Positions 17,035-36,600 of a stretch of 64,000 nt of DNA are shown here, piece after piece. The first letter of the stretch is position 1. Each line of letters begins with the position of its first letter. Below the pieces are notes generated by a model that saw only the letters and a program-made list of their open reading frames with translations, made no database searches and was not told the DNA's origin. Origin of the DNA: the human T2T-CHM13v2.0 reference genome, Homo sapiens; assembly GCF_009914755.1 (NCBI RefSeq), contig NC_060939.1, one strand, 5' to 3'. The translations under genes were made by a program, and so were the position numbers.

Positions 17035-19540
17035 GTGAGGCCCTTGCTTAGAATTTTTTAAAAGCTTAATATGAGTTTATATCTCTTTAAATATCAGTTT
17101 CTAATATTTTTTTAAAGGCCTATGTTTACAACAAATTTGGGAGATACCTATATGCACTACTAACTAGTGTTCTTTTGTGGTGCTTTAGAAATTCTGGCTT
17201 ACTTGTATTTTTGCTGGCCTTCTAATGATTTCACTCATCAATCAGAAGATATTTGTGTCCACCTCCCTGCTTCCTCTCTGGTGATCTTGTCTATTCTTGG
17301 CCATTTTAGAGTTGACTTAGCAGCCTTCACAAAACTGATTGGAATTTCCACTGGGATTAAATTGATAGGTCATTTTTGGGAGACCTTTGCAATATTGAAC
17401 TTTCCAATCCGTGAACTTTACTTATCTGCCCATTTATTATGTTTGTTTTTGGTAGATTACATAATTATATGATCACTCCAAAAATTACCTTGCCCTTTAT
17501 TGTAAAACCTTCCATTGTAAACTTCTGGCAATCACTGATCTGTGTTCCTCTAGCATTGCTTTTTTTTCAGAATTTTATACAAATGGAATCGTTCAGGATG
17601 TAGCCTTTTGAGTCTGGCTACTTTCATGTACTGCATCAACAGTTATTCCTTTTTATTGCCAAATAGTAATCCATTGTATAAATACTACATGGTTTGCTTA
17701 TTGGTTTGTCATTGGAGGAATATGGACTATTTTCACTTTTTGGTAAATTATAAGTGGATTGGAATTCACAAAGTGCTTTTTGTCTGAGCATAGGTTTTCA
17801 TTTCACTTGTGCAAATGCCTAAGGGTAGGATTGCCGAGTCACATGGTCCGTGTACGTTTGACTTTATGAGAACCTGCCAAATTGTCTTCCAAAGTGCTGT
17901 GCCACTTCTGTTTCTTTAATAAACACAGGGGTATTCAAGCTGTCTGTTTCTTCTTGAGTTTTGGTAGTCTGTCTTTCAAGGAATTGATCTATTTCACCTA
18001 ATTTGTAGAATTTAGAAGCATATAGTTGTTTGTTTTGTTTTTGTAGTATCCATTATAGCCTTCTAGTGTCTACAGGATTTGTAATAATATTCCTTTCATT
18101 TCTGGTATTGGCAATTTGTGTTTTCTCTTCTTCCTTTGTCAGTCTGCTAGAGGCTTCCTCATTTGATTGATTTCCACCTCCCACCACCCCTGCAAAGAAC
18201 CAAATTTGGATTTCGTTGAATTTTTTTCCTTTACTGTTTTTGTTTAAATATTACTGATTTAGTCTGTTTTTCTTATGCCTGATTTGAGTTTATTTGGTTC
18301 TTTTTTTACTTAAAGTAAATGCTTACATTATTGATTTGGTGCTTCATTTCTCATAATTTAGAGCTATAAATTGCCCTGTAAGCACATATTTTGATAAGAT
18401 GATGTCATATTTATTAAGTTCAAACTGTTTTCCAATTTGCCTTAAGATACTCTCTTTGACCTATGGGCCATTTAGAAGTACGCCATTTAACTTCTCATAT
18501 TTGGGAATGTTCTAGGAATGTTCTAGATTCCTAGTTTAATTCTGTCATCAGAGAAAATAATTCACTGAATTTTAATTGTTTAACTTTAGGGTTTGTTTTA
18601 TGACTCAGAATATGATCTCTCACCACCGCCATCCAGATAATTCTTCAGGTTTTGACGTTTCCCAACCTGTCTGCTGGTTACTTTTCAGAGTACTTGGGTC
18701 ATTGCTATTTATATTTTGTCCAGAGTTTCAAATTGTGATCAGTGGAAATGACAGGCCGTAGCATGCATACGCCATCCTGGCCAGCATCACAGGTGGTCAG
18801 TATATCTTTCTGTTGTTGTTTTGAGACAGAGTCTCACTCTGTTGCCCAGGTTGGAGCACAGTGGCATGATCAGGGATCACTGCATTCTCAACCTGCTAGG
18901 CTCAAGTGATCCTCCCACCTCAGCCTCCCGAATAGCTGGGTCTATAGGTGTGCTGCCATGCCCAGCTAATTTTTGTATTTTTTATAAAGACGGGATTTTG
19001 CCTTGTTCCCAGGCTGGTCTCAAACTCCTGAGCTCAGGCCATCCTCTCACTCGGGCCTCCCAAACTACTAGGATTATAGGTATGACCACAACACCTGGCT
19101 AGTACATCTTAAAAATAATTTCTGATCCATGTTGAATAATGATGGCTTGTAAATATTTTTTCTTGCACTTGCCTTATTGGGTTTTGATATCAAGGTTATT
19201 TTTATTTTAACCTTGTAAAATGAACTGGGGAATCTTCTTTCTTTATTCTCTGTTTGTGTTAGTGGAAGAGTTTTTTTTTTTGTTTGGTTGGTTGGTTTGT
19301 TTCTCTTGTATGTTTCATGGAACTTTTTGGTGAAGGCACTTGGGCCTGGAAATTTCTTTATGGGAAGTTTTTTCATTACTGATTCAATATATTTAATCTA
19401 TGTAAGTTTTTTTCTACTTTTTGAGTGAATTTTGATTTTTTTCCTAGAAATTCATATGTCACCAAGTATGGTGGCTTATGCTTGTAATCCCAGCACTTTG
19501 GGAGGCTCAGGTGGGAGGACCACTTGACTACAGTAGTTCA

Positions 19541-19765
<225 letters not shown>

Positions 19766-19776
19766 CTATGCTTTAA

Positions 19777-20148
<372 letters not shown>

Positions 20149-21296
20149 TAGTACAGTCCTCCTGTGCAAGATTGTTTTTTGACTGCTTTTTCTTGACAAA
20201 TCTTGCTAAAGGTCTGTGAATTTTATAATGTATTTTTAAAGAGCCAGATTTTAGCAGGGCATGGTGGCTCATACCTGTAATCCCAGCACTTTGAGAGGCA
20301 AAGGTGGGAAGATCGCTTGAGCCTGTAAGGGGGAGGCTGTACTAAGCTGTGATTGAGCCACTACACTCCAGCCTGGACAACAGAATGAGACCCTATCTGA
20401 AAACCAAAAAAAACACAAGTTTTAGCTTGGCTGATTCTATTGTGTGTTTCTTTTGTATTTCATTTGTTTGTTATGTTTTTCCTTTTTCTTTCTTTGAATT
20501 TAACTTGTTCTTTGTCTGATTTATTGACTGATGCTTAGGTTTTTTTTTTTTGTTTGTTTGTTTGTTTTGAGACGTAATCTCACTCTTTCACCAGGCTGGA
20601 GTGCAGTGGCACAATCTCGGCTCAAGCAATTCTCCTGCCTAAGCCTCCCGAGTAGCTGGGACTACAGGTGTGCGCCACCACACCCAGCTAATTTTTGTAT
20701 TTTTAGTAGAGATGGGGTTTTACCATGTTGGGCAGGATTGTCTCGATCTCTTGACCTCATGATCCACCTGCCTTGGCCTCCCAAAGTGCTGGGATTACAG
20801 GCGTGAGCCACTGTACCCGGTCTGTTGATGTTTTTTCCAAGTTCCTTTTCTAATGTTCTCATTTAAGACTATAAATTTCCCCATCCTGGACAACATGGTG
20901 AAACTTTATCTCTACCAAACACACAAAAAATTAGCCAGGCGTAGTGGTGTGAGCCTGTGGTCCCAGCTACTCGGGAGGCTGAGGAGGGAGGCTCACTTGA
21001 GCCCAGGAGGTGGAGGGTAGTAAGCCAAGATTGTGCTACTGCACTCCAGCCGGGGTGACAGAGTGAGACCCCATCTCAAAAAAAAAAAAAAAAAATAAAG
21101 ACTATCATTTTCCCCTTATGAATGGATTTAATTATATCCTACAGTTTTTAATATGTAGAATTGATGATGAATTTGCCTTATTTTATCTTCAAGCTATGGG
21201 CTATTTAAAAGTATACTTTTAGAAAGTTTCTAAAATTGTTACCAGAAATTATGATCTCTCCACTTTCTTTGAAATTTTTTACTTGTTTTAACACTC

Positions 21297-21354
21297 GTCT
21301 ATATGGTTAATTTTTGAACTTGTCCGTCTATATGGTTAATTTTTGAACTTGTCC
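21297..21354. repeat. Perfect 29-bp tandem duplication
   Basis: gtctatatggttaatttttgaacttgtcc x2. Confidence 0.95.
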
Positions 21355-21704
21355 ACAGTTTCTTGAAGGGAAGTCTATTTCTGCAGTTAAATCTCATGTT
21401 CTGTATGTGTGCATTGAGTCTATTTTTTCATAATTTTAAATCTTCATCCTCCCTAATTATTTTTATACTTTATTTACTGAGAGATATATTAAATATCCTA
21501 CTAGAAGCATGGATTTGTCTGTCTCCTCATCTGTCAACTTTTGCTTTTTGAGGCTGTACTTGGGTGCATATGATTCAAAAAATATATATCTTTTTTTAAT
21601 TTGAACTTTTATCAAAATGAAATGTTTTCCTTCATTTATGTATGCTTTCAACATTATGTATGATATAGCTATAGTAACTGGTTAGACTTTGCACTGTGTA
21701 TCTT

Positions 21705-21706
<2 letters not shown>

Positions 21707-21737
<31 letters not shown>
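21707..21737. repeat. (GT)n microsatellite
   Basis: Direct reading. Confidence 0.95.
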
Positions 21738-21741
<4 letters not shown>

Positions 21742-23275
21742 TCCACTGTGCTGCCCAGGCTATAGTGCAGGGGCTGTTCACAGACGTGTCTGTGGCTCCC
21801 TGCTGCCTTAAACTCCTGGGCTCAAATGATCCTCCTACCTCAGTCTTTAGAGTGATGTGTGCCACCACTGCCAAATAATTGTTTTTATTTCTTTAGAGAT
21901 AGAATTTGGCTATATTGCCCAGGCTGGTCTTGAGTTCTTGGTCTCAAGTGATCCTCTCACCTCTGCTTCCTGAGTCACTGGGATTACAGGCATGTGCCGC
22001 CAAGTCCGGCTCCTCTGATACATATTTTAATACCTTTTAAAATCATTCTATATCTTTGTATTTTAAATATGACTTATAAATAGCATGGAATGGGATTTTA
22101 ACAATTTATCCATCTTTAACTGGATTACTTAGTCCATTTGCATGTATTTGTATTCTGACATACTTAGATTCTGTATAGATGGTGAGTGGTGTGTATGTAC
22201 ATGCATGTGTGTTTGTGTCATTTTGTCACTTTCTATTTATCCTACTTATGTTTCTTTTTTCCTTTCTTGCCTTCTTTTCAATTGGTGGGATTTTTTTTCT
22301 TCTCTAGTCATTTTAAGTTAGTCTTTGTTTATATTCTTTTAGTAACTGTCATGCTAATTTAAATGTGCATATTTAAGTTATGAAAGTTGAAAATTTATCC
22401 TCCTCCTGGGTGATAGGATAACTTAGGAATACTTTCATTGCATTAAACTCCTCTTGAGTTATGCTACAACAGTATATTTTCAACTTTTTGTTTTGACATA
22501 ATTGCAGATTCACAGGTGCTTTTAAGAAATAATATAAAGAAATCCAATATAGTCTTCACTCAGTTTCTCCCAATGGTAACGTCTTGCATAACTACCTTGT
22601 TCAGATTTCACCAGTTTTATGTGCACTTTTAGGTTTTTTTGTGTATTTAGTTCTATGAAATTTTATCGTGTACATAGATTAGATACCTAACCACCATCAC
22701 CATCGTCAAGATACAGAACAGTTCCATCAGAAGGATGGATCCCTTGTGCTACCCATTTTATAGTCACAAACACGTTCCTCACTCCCTGACCCCTGGCAAC
22801 CACTAATGGGTTTTTCATCTCTGTGACTTTATTTCAAGAACACATGTAAATGAAACCACACACTGTCTAATATTTTGAGATTGAGTTTTTTTATTCAGCA
22901 TAATTATCTTGTGACCCATCAAAGTTGTTTTCATATATTTTATCATTTTTCTTTTTATATTTCATGGGACATTACTTCTATTGTTTTATACATTTCACAT
23001 TTGTTTAGTTTTATCCATATATTCACCTGTCTTTTTCCTGCTCTTCATTTCTTCTTATATCCCAGATCTTCCACTTGGGATCATTTTCCTCCTGTCTGAA
23101 ATCTTTTAGTATCTGTTTAGTAATGGTTTCCTTGGGCGAGCTCCCTCAATTTCTGCACATTTTAAGCTCTATTATGTTAGTCTCGTACTTAATTTTTTTT
23201 TTTGTGGTATAAGAGGCATACAGGTAAGGAGATCATGAATGTACAACTCAAAATTTTCACATAGTTAACACCTAA

Positions 23276-24203
<928 letters not shown>

Positions 24204-24390
24204 CTGAACTTTCTTGTCCTTACCTTTTGGTGCACACGTGTGTACTTTAATTTGATCTGTGTCTGGGAGTGCAAGTGCTTTATAGAGCATGTGTACAGTT
24301 TTAGGAGATACTGCTAAAAATTTTGCAGTGGCTGTATCAGTTTACACTCTGCCAGCTGTTGATGAAGGTTCCAGTTGTTTCCCATCCTTC

Positions 24391-24727
24391 TGTTATAGGA
24401 AAGGTGTCCTGATCTAGACTCCAAGAGAGGGTTATTGGATCTGGTGCAAGAAAGAATTCAGGGCGAGTCCATAGAGTAAAGTGATAGCAAGTTTATTAAG
24501 AAAGTAGAAGAATAAAAGAATGGCTACTCTATAGACAGAGCAGCCCGAGGGCTGCTGGTTACCCATTCTTATGGTTATTTCTAGATAATATGTTAAACAA
24601 GGGGTGGATTATTTATGCCTCCTTTTTTTTTTAAGACCATGTAGGGTAAATTTCTGATATTGCCATGGCATTTGTAAACTGTGGTGGAGCTAGTGGGAAT
24701 GTAGCAGTGGGAGGACGACCAGAGGTC
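24391..24727 (-). mobile_element. MER41-like ERV1 LTR, truncated
   Basis: tgttataggaaaggtgtcctgatctagactccaagagaggg...aagaattcagggcgagtcc...gacgaccagaggtc. Confidence 0.8.
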
Positions 24728-24779
24728 TACAGGTATTTTTGGTAATCATCTTGAGAAATAAAGACTTCATAAATCATCT

Positions 24780-25620
24780 TACAGTTATGAAAATATATAA
24801 CAACCATATTTCAACTGAATGCAAAGTTGTACCTTTTCATACCCCCACTGTGTTATTAATATCACATATTATCTTTTCTTATTGAGTAACTATGAACACA
24901 CATTTATGCAGATTTGTGCTTCATTTTTTAAACTCCATAGCAATATTTTGAAAATTTTGTGCACCATCATTATGACAATAGAGATTTCTATACCTGTTTA
25001 TATATTTACCTTTAATATAGCACTTTCTATTTTCATATGCTGTTATGATGCTGTGCAGCATCATTTCATTTTTGGACTTGATAGACTTTTTTTTACATTT
25101 CCTTTAGGACTGATCTAGTGGTTAGTAACACACTCAACTTTTATTTATTCTGGAAAGGCTTATTTTTTTTTATTTCTGAAGTGAAATTATTCCAGTTGAA
25201 GGTTTTTGTTTGGCAGTATATCTTCTTGTTTAATTACCTTGTCATCTGGGGATTTCTCAGCTACTTTTTAAAAATAATCTCTTTGTTACTTTTCTGCTGT
25301 ATTTTTTTTCTAAGACTCCTTTTATAAATACAATGGTCTACTTGATGGTGTGCAGTACGTCCCATATTTTTTTCTCTATTCTGTTTAAATAATTTGTTTT
25401 TATGACTCAGTATTTATAACTACAGTGTCATCAATTGTATGATTTTTTTCTGCTTTATTAGTCTGCTTTTGTGACTGTTGATTGAAATTTTAATATAGTT
25501 ATTGTGTTATTCAGATTCACAGTTTTTGTTGGTTTCTAAAAATCTTTTGATATCTCATTTTCTTTATGTATCACTTCTAATATTATTTTGTTGTCTATGC
25601 TCTGTTTTTGTTAATTAAGC
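24780..25620 (-). mobile_element. Old L1M fragment
   Basis: ctagtggttagtaacacactcaacttttatttattctggaaagg...atttctgaag resembles antisense L1M. Confidence 0.55.
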
Positions 25621-25622
25621 AG

Positions 25623-27045
25623 TTTTTTCCTAATTACATTTTATTGAAAACTGCACTGAATGCTAAATGTCCATCTTTACAATAAACAACTACAGTAACG
25701 GTAACTTGCACTAAAACAAAGGATACTTCTGATAGCCATTATTTTTCTGTTTGTGACAATTTTAAAGTTTTTCTTTTGTCACAAAAACAGGAAGGTACCT
25801 AATCAAAAGATCAAAATAGGCCATCTTTTTAAACAAAAAGGCAATGATTCACAAAAGACTATGAACAGAACATGTAACTAATCGATGCAAATCAAATAGG
25901 ATTTGTTAAAATCAGTCACATCCAATACATCTGAAGTGTTCTTGTATAAAATACAACGTGAAGAAAAGAAGACTTTATCAGTGTCTTAAAAAGTGGATTT
26001 CTTCATAGACAATCTGACAAGTTACCATTAAAAGTGTTTCTTGTGACATAAGAAAAAGCAACATTATTTTTCTTGAATCTTTTTAGTGCAAGACTTTCCA
26101 CTCAATAAAATAGCAGAGTATCTGAAACTGAGAAAATATTTTTGATTACAAACAGCTTGTGAAACTTAATACTGCTTTTTTTTTTTGCATTATCGGAGGC
26201 TTTTTCTGAACTTACAACCAACTTGCCCACTCAGCATGCAGTTCAGATGTGAGAGACGCTTCTCTGTACAGGAGCCGGTACTGTCTTCAATCCTATGAGT
26301 GCAGGTGTCTACCACAGGCAAACAGTTTACTCCACATTTTCTAATAATGTGATCTTCCTATTAGCAAAAAGCTGTAACCAGTCCCTGTAGACTGAAGGGA
26401 CTCAAGTGACAAGATGGGGATTTCCTCCTCATGGTTTTTATTTTGATGTTTGAAGTCCTGATGCAACATTCTGAGCAGGGTGTTCCTGACCTGCTGTGCC
26501 CAAGGGACTGATAAAGGAAAAAGTTCTATTTATTCTTTGTGATTTGACGCACAGATGAAAAACTTAACACACAATAACGGAAGCTGGTCGTTAATAAATC
26601 ACACCCTAGTCTTTCAGAGCTTCCGTAAACAGACGACATCTTCAGCTTTCTAACTCTTGTAGTGTTAACACTGCAACATCAATGATGCATATGTCCAGAA
26701 TCAGCTAAAAAGAGCGTCAGATTCTTTTTCTCTTAGTTCATCTATTTTTCACTGTCCTTGTTCCCAAGTGTATCAAAATGATTACCTTCCGGCATTCACT
26801 ACTATTTCTCGTTGGGGTGCTCTCGATTATCCCCGTGATTGTGGGCTGGTTGGGAGAGGGCGCTTGGGAAGTATGTGCCACTGTCGGGAGGTTGTGAGTC
26901 ACTGGGATGCCTCCAGGGATGATCCCTTCCATGGACGCAGGAAGTCCTCCTGGAGCCACGCCCACGATGACTGGATGAATTGCTTGTTGGTCTATTACTG
27001 ACCAAAGTACAGATGTGACAAAGAATTCCTTGTTCACACAGTTTC

Positions 27046-27047
<2 letters not shown>
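25623..27047 (-). pseudogene. CTBP2P: CTBP2 processed pseudogene, 3' part (C-terminal CDS 26802-27047 plus ~1.2-kb 3'UTR)
   Basis: Translation NKEFFVTS..WSVIDQQAIHP..IVGVAPGGLPASMEGIIPGGIPVTHNLPTVAH.SQAPSPNQPT / HGDNREHPNEK* matches the CtBP2 C-terminus. One frameshift and one in-frame deletion. AATAAA at 25640-25645(-) followed by a short A tract. Confidence 0.93.
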
Positions 27048-30647
<3,600 letters not shown>

Positions 30648-30653
30648 TTAATC

Positions 30654-33600
30654 TGCCCTGTAGGCAGATCCTAGACAAGAGTTGCATCACCTGGGTGATC
30701 AGTGCAGAGATATTTCACAATGCCTCCTGTAGGCAGAGGGTAGACAAGTGTTACATCACCTAGGTGATCAGTCCAGAGATATTTCACAATACCCACTGTT
30801 GGCAAATCCTAGACAAGAGTTGCATCACCTGGGTGATCAGTGCAGACATATTTCACAATGCCCCCTGTAGGCAGAGGGTAGACAAGAGTTACATCACCTA
30901 GATGATCCGGGCAGAGATTTGTCAAAATTCCCTGTAGGTAGAGATTATAAAAGTGTTACATCACCGAGGTGATCAGTGCAGAGATATGTCACAAAGCCCC
31001 CTGTAGGCAGAGCCTAAACAAGAATTCTCTCCCTGGGGTGATCAGTGCAGAGATATGTCATAGGCACCTGTAGGCAGAGCTTAGATGAGTTACATCACCT
31101 GGGTGATCAGTGTAAAGATATGTCACAAAGCCCCCTGTAGGCAAAGCCTAGACAATAGTTACATCAGTTGGGTGATCAGTGGAGAGATCTCTCACAATTC
31201 CCCTGTAGGCAGAGCTTATACAACAGTTACATCACCTGGGTGATCAGTGCAGAGATATGTCACAAAGCCCCCATATGCAGACGCAAGACAAGAGTCCGTC
31301 ACCTGGGTGCTCCGTGCAGAAACACGTCGCAATGTCCCCATAGGCAGAGCCTAGAAAAAAGCCCCATCACCTGGATAATCAGTGCAGTTATGTCACAAAG
31401 TCCCTTTAGGCAGATCCTAGACAAGTGTTACATCACCTGGTTGATCAGGGCAGAGATATGTCACAATGCCACTGTAGGCAGAGCCTAGACAAGAGTTACA
31501 TGACCTAGGTGATCAGTGCAGAGATACATCGCAATGCCCCTGTAGGCAGAGCCTTGACAAGTGGTATATCACCTGGGTGACCATTGCAGGGATATATCAA
31601 AAAGCACCCTGTAGGCAGATCCTAGACAAGAGTTACATCACCCGGGTGATCAGGGCAGAGATATGTCACAGTGCCATGTAGCGAGAACCTAGACAAAAGT
31701 TTCATCACCTGGGAGATCAGTGCAGAGATATGTCACAATATCCCCAGTAGGCAGAGCCCAGACAAGAGTTGGATCACCTCGGGATCAGTGCAGAGATATG
31801 TCTCAATCCCCCTGTGGGGACAGCCTAGACAAGAGTTACATCACCTCGGTTAACAGTGCAGATATATCTCAAAATGCTCCTGTAGGCAGAGCCTACACAA
31901 GTGTTACATCACTTAGGTGATCAGTGCAGAGATATGTCACAATACCCCCTGTAGGCAGAGCCTAGACAAGAGTTACATCACCTGGGTGATCAGTGCAGAG
32001 GTATATGACAAGGTCCCTTTAAGCAGAGCCAAGACAATAGTTACATCACCTGAGTGATCGGTGCAGAGATATGTCACAATGCCCCCTATAGGCAGAGCCT
32101 AGACAAAAGTTACATCACCTGGGTGATCAGTGCAGTGATACATCAACATTCCTCTGTAGGCAGAGCCTAGACAAGAGTTACATCATCTAGGTGATCAGTG
32201 CAGTGATATGTCACAAAAATCCCTGTGGACAGAGCCTAGACAAGAGTTACATCACCTGAGTGATCAGGGCAGATATTTCACACAATGCCCCCATAGACAG
32301 AACCTAGACAATAATTACATCACCTGGGTTATCAGTGCAGAGATTATGTCACGAATCCACCTCTAGGCAGAGTATAGAAAATAGTCCCATCACCTGAGTG
32401 ATCAGTGCAGAGATATGTCACAAAGACACCTGTAGGCAGAGGGTAGACAAGAGACCCATCACCTGTGTGATCAGTGTAGTGATATGTCACAATGCCCTTG
32501 TAGGCAGAGCGTAGACAAGAGTTGCATTACCTGGGTGATCAGTGCAGAGAAATGTAACAATGCCCCCTCTGGGCAAAACCTAGAAAAGAGTTACATCGCC
32601 TACTTGATCAGTGCAGAGGTATTTCACAAAGCCCCCTGAAAGTACAGCCTAGAGAAGAGTTACATCAATTGGGTGATCAGTGCAGTGATATGTCACAATT
32701 TCCCTATAGACAGAGCCTAGAAAATGGTTAAATCACCTGTGTGATCATTGCAGAGATATGTTACAATACCCTCTGTTGGCACAGCCTAGAAAAGGGTTAC
32801 ATCTCCTCTGTGATCACTTCAGAGACATATCAAAACGAACCTGTAGGCAGACCCTACAAAACAGTTACATCACCTAGGAGACCAGTGCAGAGGTATGTCA
32901 CAATACCCCCGTAGGCAGAGCCCAGACAAGAGTTACATCACCTGGTGATCAGGGCAGAGATATGTCACAATGTCCCCTGTAGGCAGAGCCCAGACAAGAG
33001 TTGCATCACCTCGGTGATCAGTGCAGAGGTATGTCTCAATGCCTCCTGTAGGCAAAGCCCAGACAAGAGTTACATCATCTCGGTGATCAGTGCAGAGATA
33101 TGTCAAAATGCCCCTGTGAGCAGAGCCTAGACAAAATTTACATCACCTGGGTGATCAGTGCTCAGACAAGTCACAATGTCCATGTAGGCAGAGTCTAGAC
33201 AAGTGTTACATCACCTGGGTGATCATTGCAGAGTGATGTCACAATGCCCTCTGTAGGTAGATACTAGACAAGAGTTACGTCACCTGAGAGATCAGTGCAG
33301 AGATGTGTCACAACGCACTCTGTAGGCAAACATTAGTCAAGAGTTACATCACATATGTGATCAGCGCAGATATATGTCACTATGTTCCTGTGGCCACGCA
33401 TAGAAAAGAGTTACATCATCTGGGTGATCAATGCAGAGATATGTCACGATGTCTCCAGTAGGCAGAGCGTAGACATGAGTTACATCACCTCGGTGATCAG
33501 TGCAGAGATACCTCAAAATACCCCCTGTAGGCAAAGTCTAGACAAGAGTTACATCAACTGGGAGATCAGTGTAGAGATATGTCAAAAATCCCACTGTAGG

Positions 33601-36600
33601 CAAAGCCTAGACAAGTTTTAAATAACCTCAGTGATCAGTGCAGAGATGTGTCCCAGTGCCCATGTAGTCAGAGCTTAGACAAATGTCACATCTCCGGATT
33701 GATCATTGCAGAGATACGTCACAATGCCCCCATAGGCAGAGCCTGGACAAGAGTTACATCACCTAGTTGATCAGTGCAGAGATATGTCACAAAGTCCCCT
33801 GTAGGCAGAGCCTAGAGAAGAGTTGCATCACCTGGGTGATCAGTGCAGAGATATGTCAGGATGTCCCCTGTAGGCAAAGCCTAGGCAAGAGTTACATCAC
33901 CTTTCTCATCAGTTCAGAGATACGTCAAAACGCCCCTGTAGGTAGAGCCTAGACAAGAGTTACATCACCTAGTTGATCAGTGCAGAGATATTTCACAATA
34001 CCCTCTTTAGGCAGATCCTAGAGAAGAGTTGCATCACCTGGGTGATCAGTGCAGAGATATATCAAAATGCCCCCTGTAGGCAGAGCCTAAACAAGAGTTA
34101 CATCACCTAGGTGATCAGTGCAGAGATTTGTCAAAATTCCCTGTAGGCAGAGCTTATAAAACTGTTACATCGCCTAGGTGATCAGTGCAGAGATGTCTCA
34201 CAAAGCCCCCTGTAGGCAGAGCCTAGACAAGAATTCCCACCCCGGGAGTGATCAGTGCAGAGATATATCACAAGGCCCCTGTAGGCAGAGCTTAGATGAG
34301 TTACATCACCTGGGTGATCAGTGAACAGATATGTCACAAAGCCCCGTGTAGGAAAAGCCAAGACAATAGTTAAATCACTTGGGCGATCAGTGGAGAGATC
34401 TCTCACAACTCACAAGTAGGCAGAGCTTATACAACAGTTACATCACCTCGGTGATCAGTGCAGAGATATGTCATAACGCCCCCATAGGCAGATACAAGAC
34501 AAGAGTCCGTCACCTGGGTGATCAGAGCAGAAATACGTCACAATGCCCCCGTAGGCAGAGCCTAGACAAAAGCCCCATCACCTGGATGATGAGGGCAGAG
34601 TTACATCACAAAGACCCTTTAGGCAGATCCTAGACAAGAGTTAAATCAGTTGGGTGATCAGTGCAGAGATATGTCGCAATGCCACTGTAGGCAGAGCCTA
34701 GGCAAGAGTTACATGACCCAGGTGATCAGTGCAGAGATACATAACAATGCCCCTGTAGGCAGAGCCTTGACAAGTGGTACATCACCTGGGTGATCATTGC
34801 AGGGATATGTCACAAAGCAGCCTGTAGGCAGATCCTAGACAAGAGTTACATAACCTGGGTGATCAGTGCAGGGATATGTCACAATGCCAGTGTAGGCAGA
34901 GTCTAGACAAGAGTTACATGACCTAGGTGATCAGTGCAGAGATACATCGCAATGCCTTTGTAGGCAGAGCCTTGACAGGTGGTACATCACCTGGGTGAGC
35001 AGTGCAGAGATATGTCACAAGGTCCCTGTAGGCAGAGCCTAGACAAGAGTTATATAACCTGGGTGATAAGTGCAGTGATATGTCACAATGCCGTGTAGCC
35101 AAAGCCTAGACAAATGTTTCATCACCTGGGAGATCAGTGCAGAGATATGTCACAATGTCCCCAGTAGGCAGAGCCCAGAAAAGAGTTGGATCACCTCGGG
35201 ATCAGTGCAGAGATACGTCTCAATCCCCCTGTGGGAACAGCGTAGACAAGAGTTAAATCACCTTGCTTATCAGGGCAGAGGTATGTCAAAATGCCAGTGT
35301 AGGCAGAGCCTACTCAAGTGTTACATCACTTAGGTGATCAGTGCAGAGATATGTCAAAATACCCCCTGTAAGCAGAGCCTAGACAAGAGTTACATGACCT
35401 AGGTGATCAGTGAAGAGATACACAGCAAAGCCCCTGTAGGCAGAGCCTTGACAAGTGGTATATCACCTGGGTGACCATTGCAGGGATATGTCAGAAAGCA
35501 CCCTGTAGGCAGATCCCAGACAAGGGTTACATCACCTGGTTGATCAGTAAAGAGATATTTCAAAATGCAACAGCAGGCAGAGCATAAGCAAGAGTCCCAT
35601 CACCAGGGTGGTCAGTGCGGAAATATGTTGCAATGCCCCCATAGGCAGACCCAACATAAGAGTTACATCACCTGGGTGATCAGTGTAGAGATATGTCACA
35701 ATGCCCCCATAGGCAGAGCCTAGACAAAAGTCCCATCACCTGGGTGATCAGTGCAGAGATATGTCACGAAGCCCCTGTAGGCAGAGCCGAGACAAAAGTT
35801 ACATCACCGGGATGATCAATACAGAGTGATGTCACAAAGGACCTTGTAGGCAGAGCCTAGAGAAGAGTTGCATTACCTGGGTGATCAGTGCAGAGATATG
35901 TCACAATACCCCCTTGAGGCAGAGCCTAGACAAGAGTTACATCACCTGGGTGATCAGGGCAGATAGGTCACAAGCACCCTGTAGGCAGAGCCCAGACTAG
36001 AGTTGCATCATCTTGGTGATCAGTGCAGAGATATGTCTCAATGCCTCCTGTCGGCAAAGCCCAGAGAAGAGTTACATCATCTCCGTGACCAGTGCAGAGA
36101 TATGTCAAAATGCACCTGTGGGCAGAGCCCAGACAAAATTTACATCACCTGGGTGATCAGTGCAGAGACATGTCACAATGTCCATGTAGGCAGAGCCTAG
36201 ACAAGGGTTACATCACCTGGGTGATCATTGCAGAGTGATGTCACAACGCCCTCTGTAGGCAGACACTAGACAAGAGTTACCTCACCTGAGAGATCAGTGC
36301 AGAGATATGTCACAATGCCCTCTGTAGGCAAAGACTAGACAAGAGTTACATCACCTGTGTGATCAGTGCAGATATATGTCACTATGTCCCTGTGGCCAGA
36401 GCCTAGACAAGAGTTACATCACCTGGGTGATCAGTGCAGAGATAAGTCACAATGTCTATCACAATGTCTCCAGTAGGCAGAGCCTAGACAAGAGTTACAT
36501 CACCTGGGTGATCACATCAGAGATATGTCACAATGCCCCCTGTGGGCAGATCCCAGACAAGAGTTGCATCACCTCGGTGATCAGTGCAGTGATATATTAA

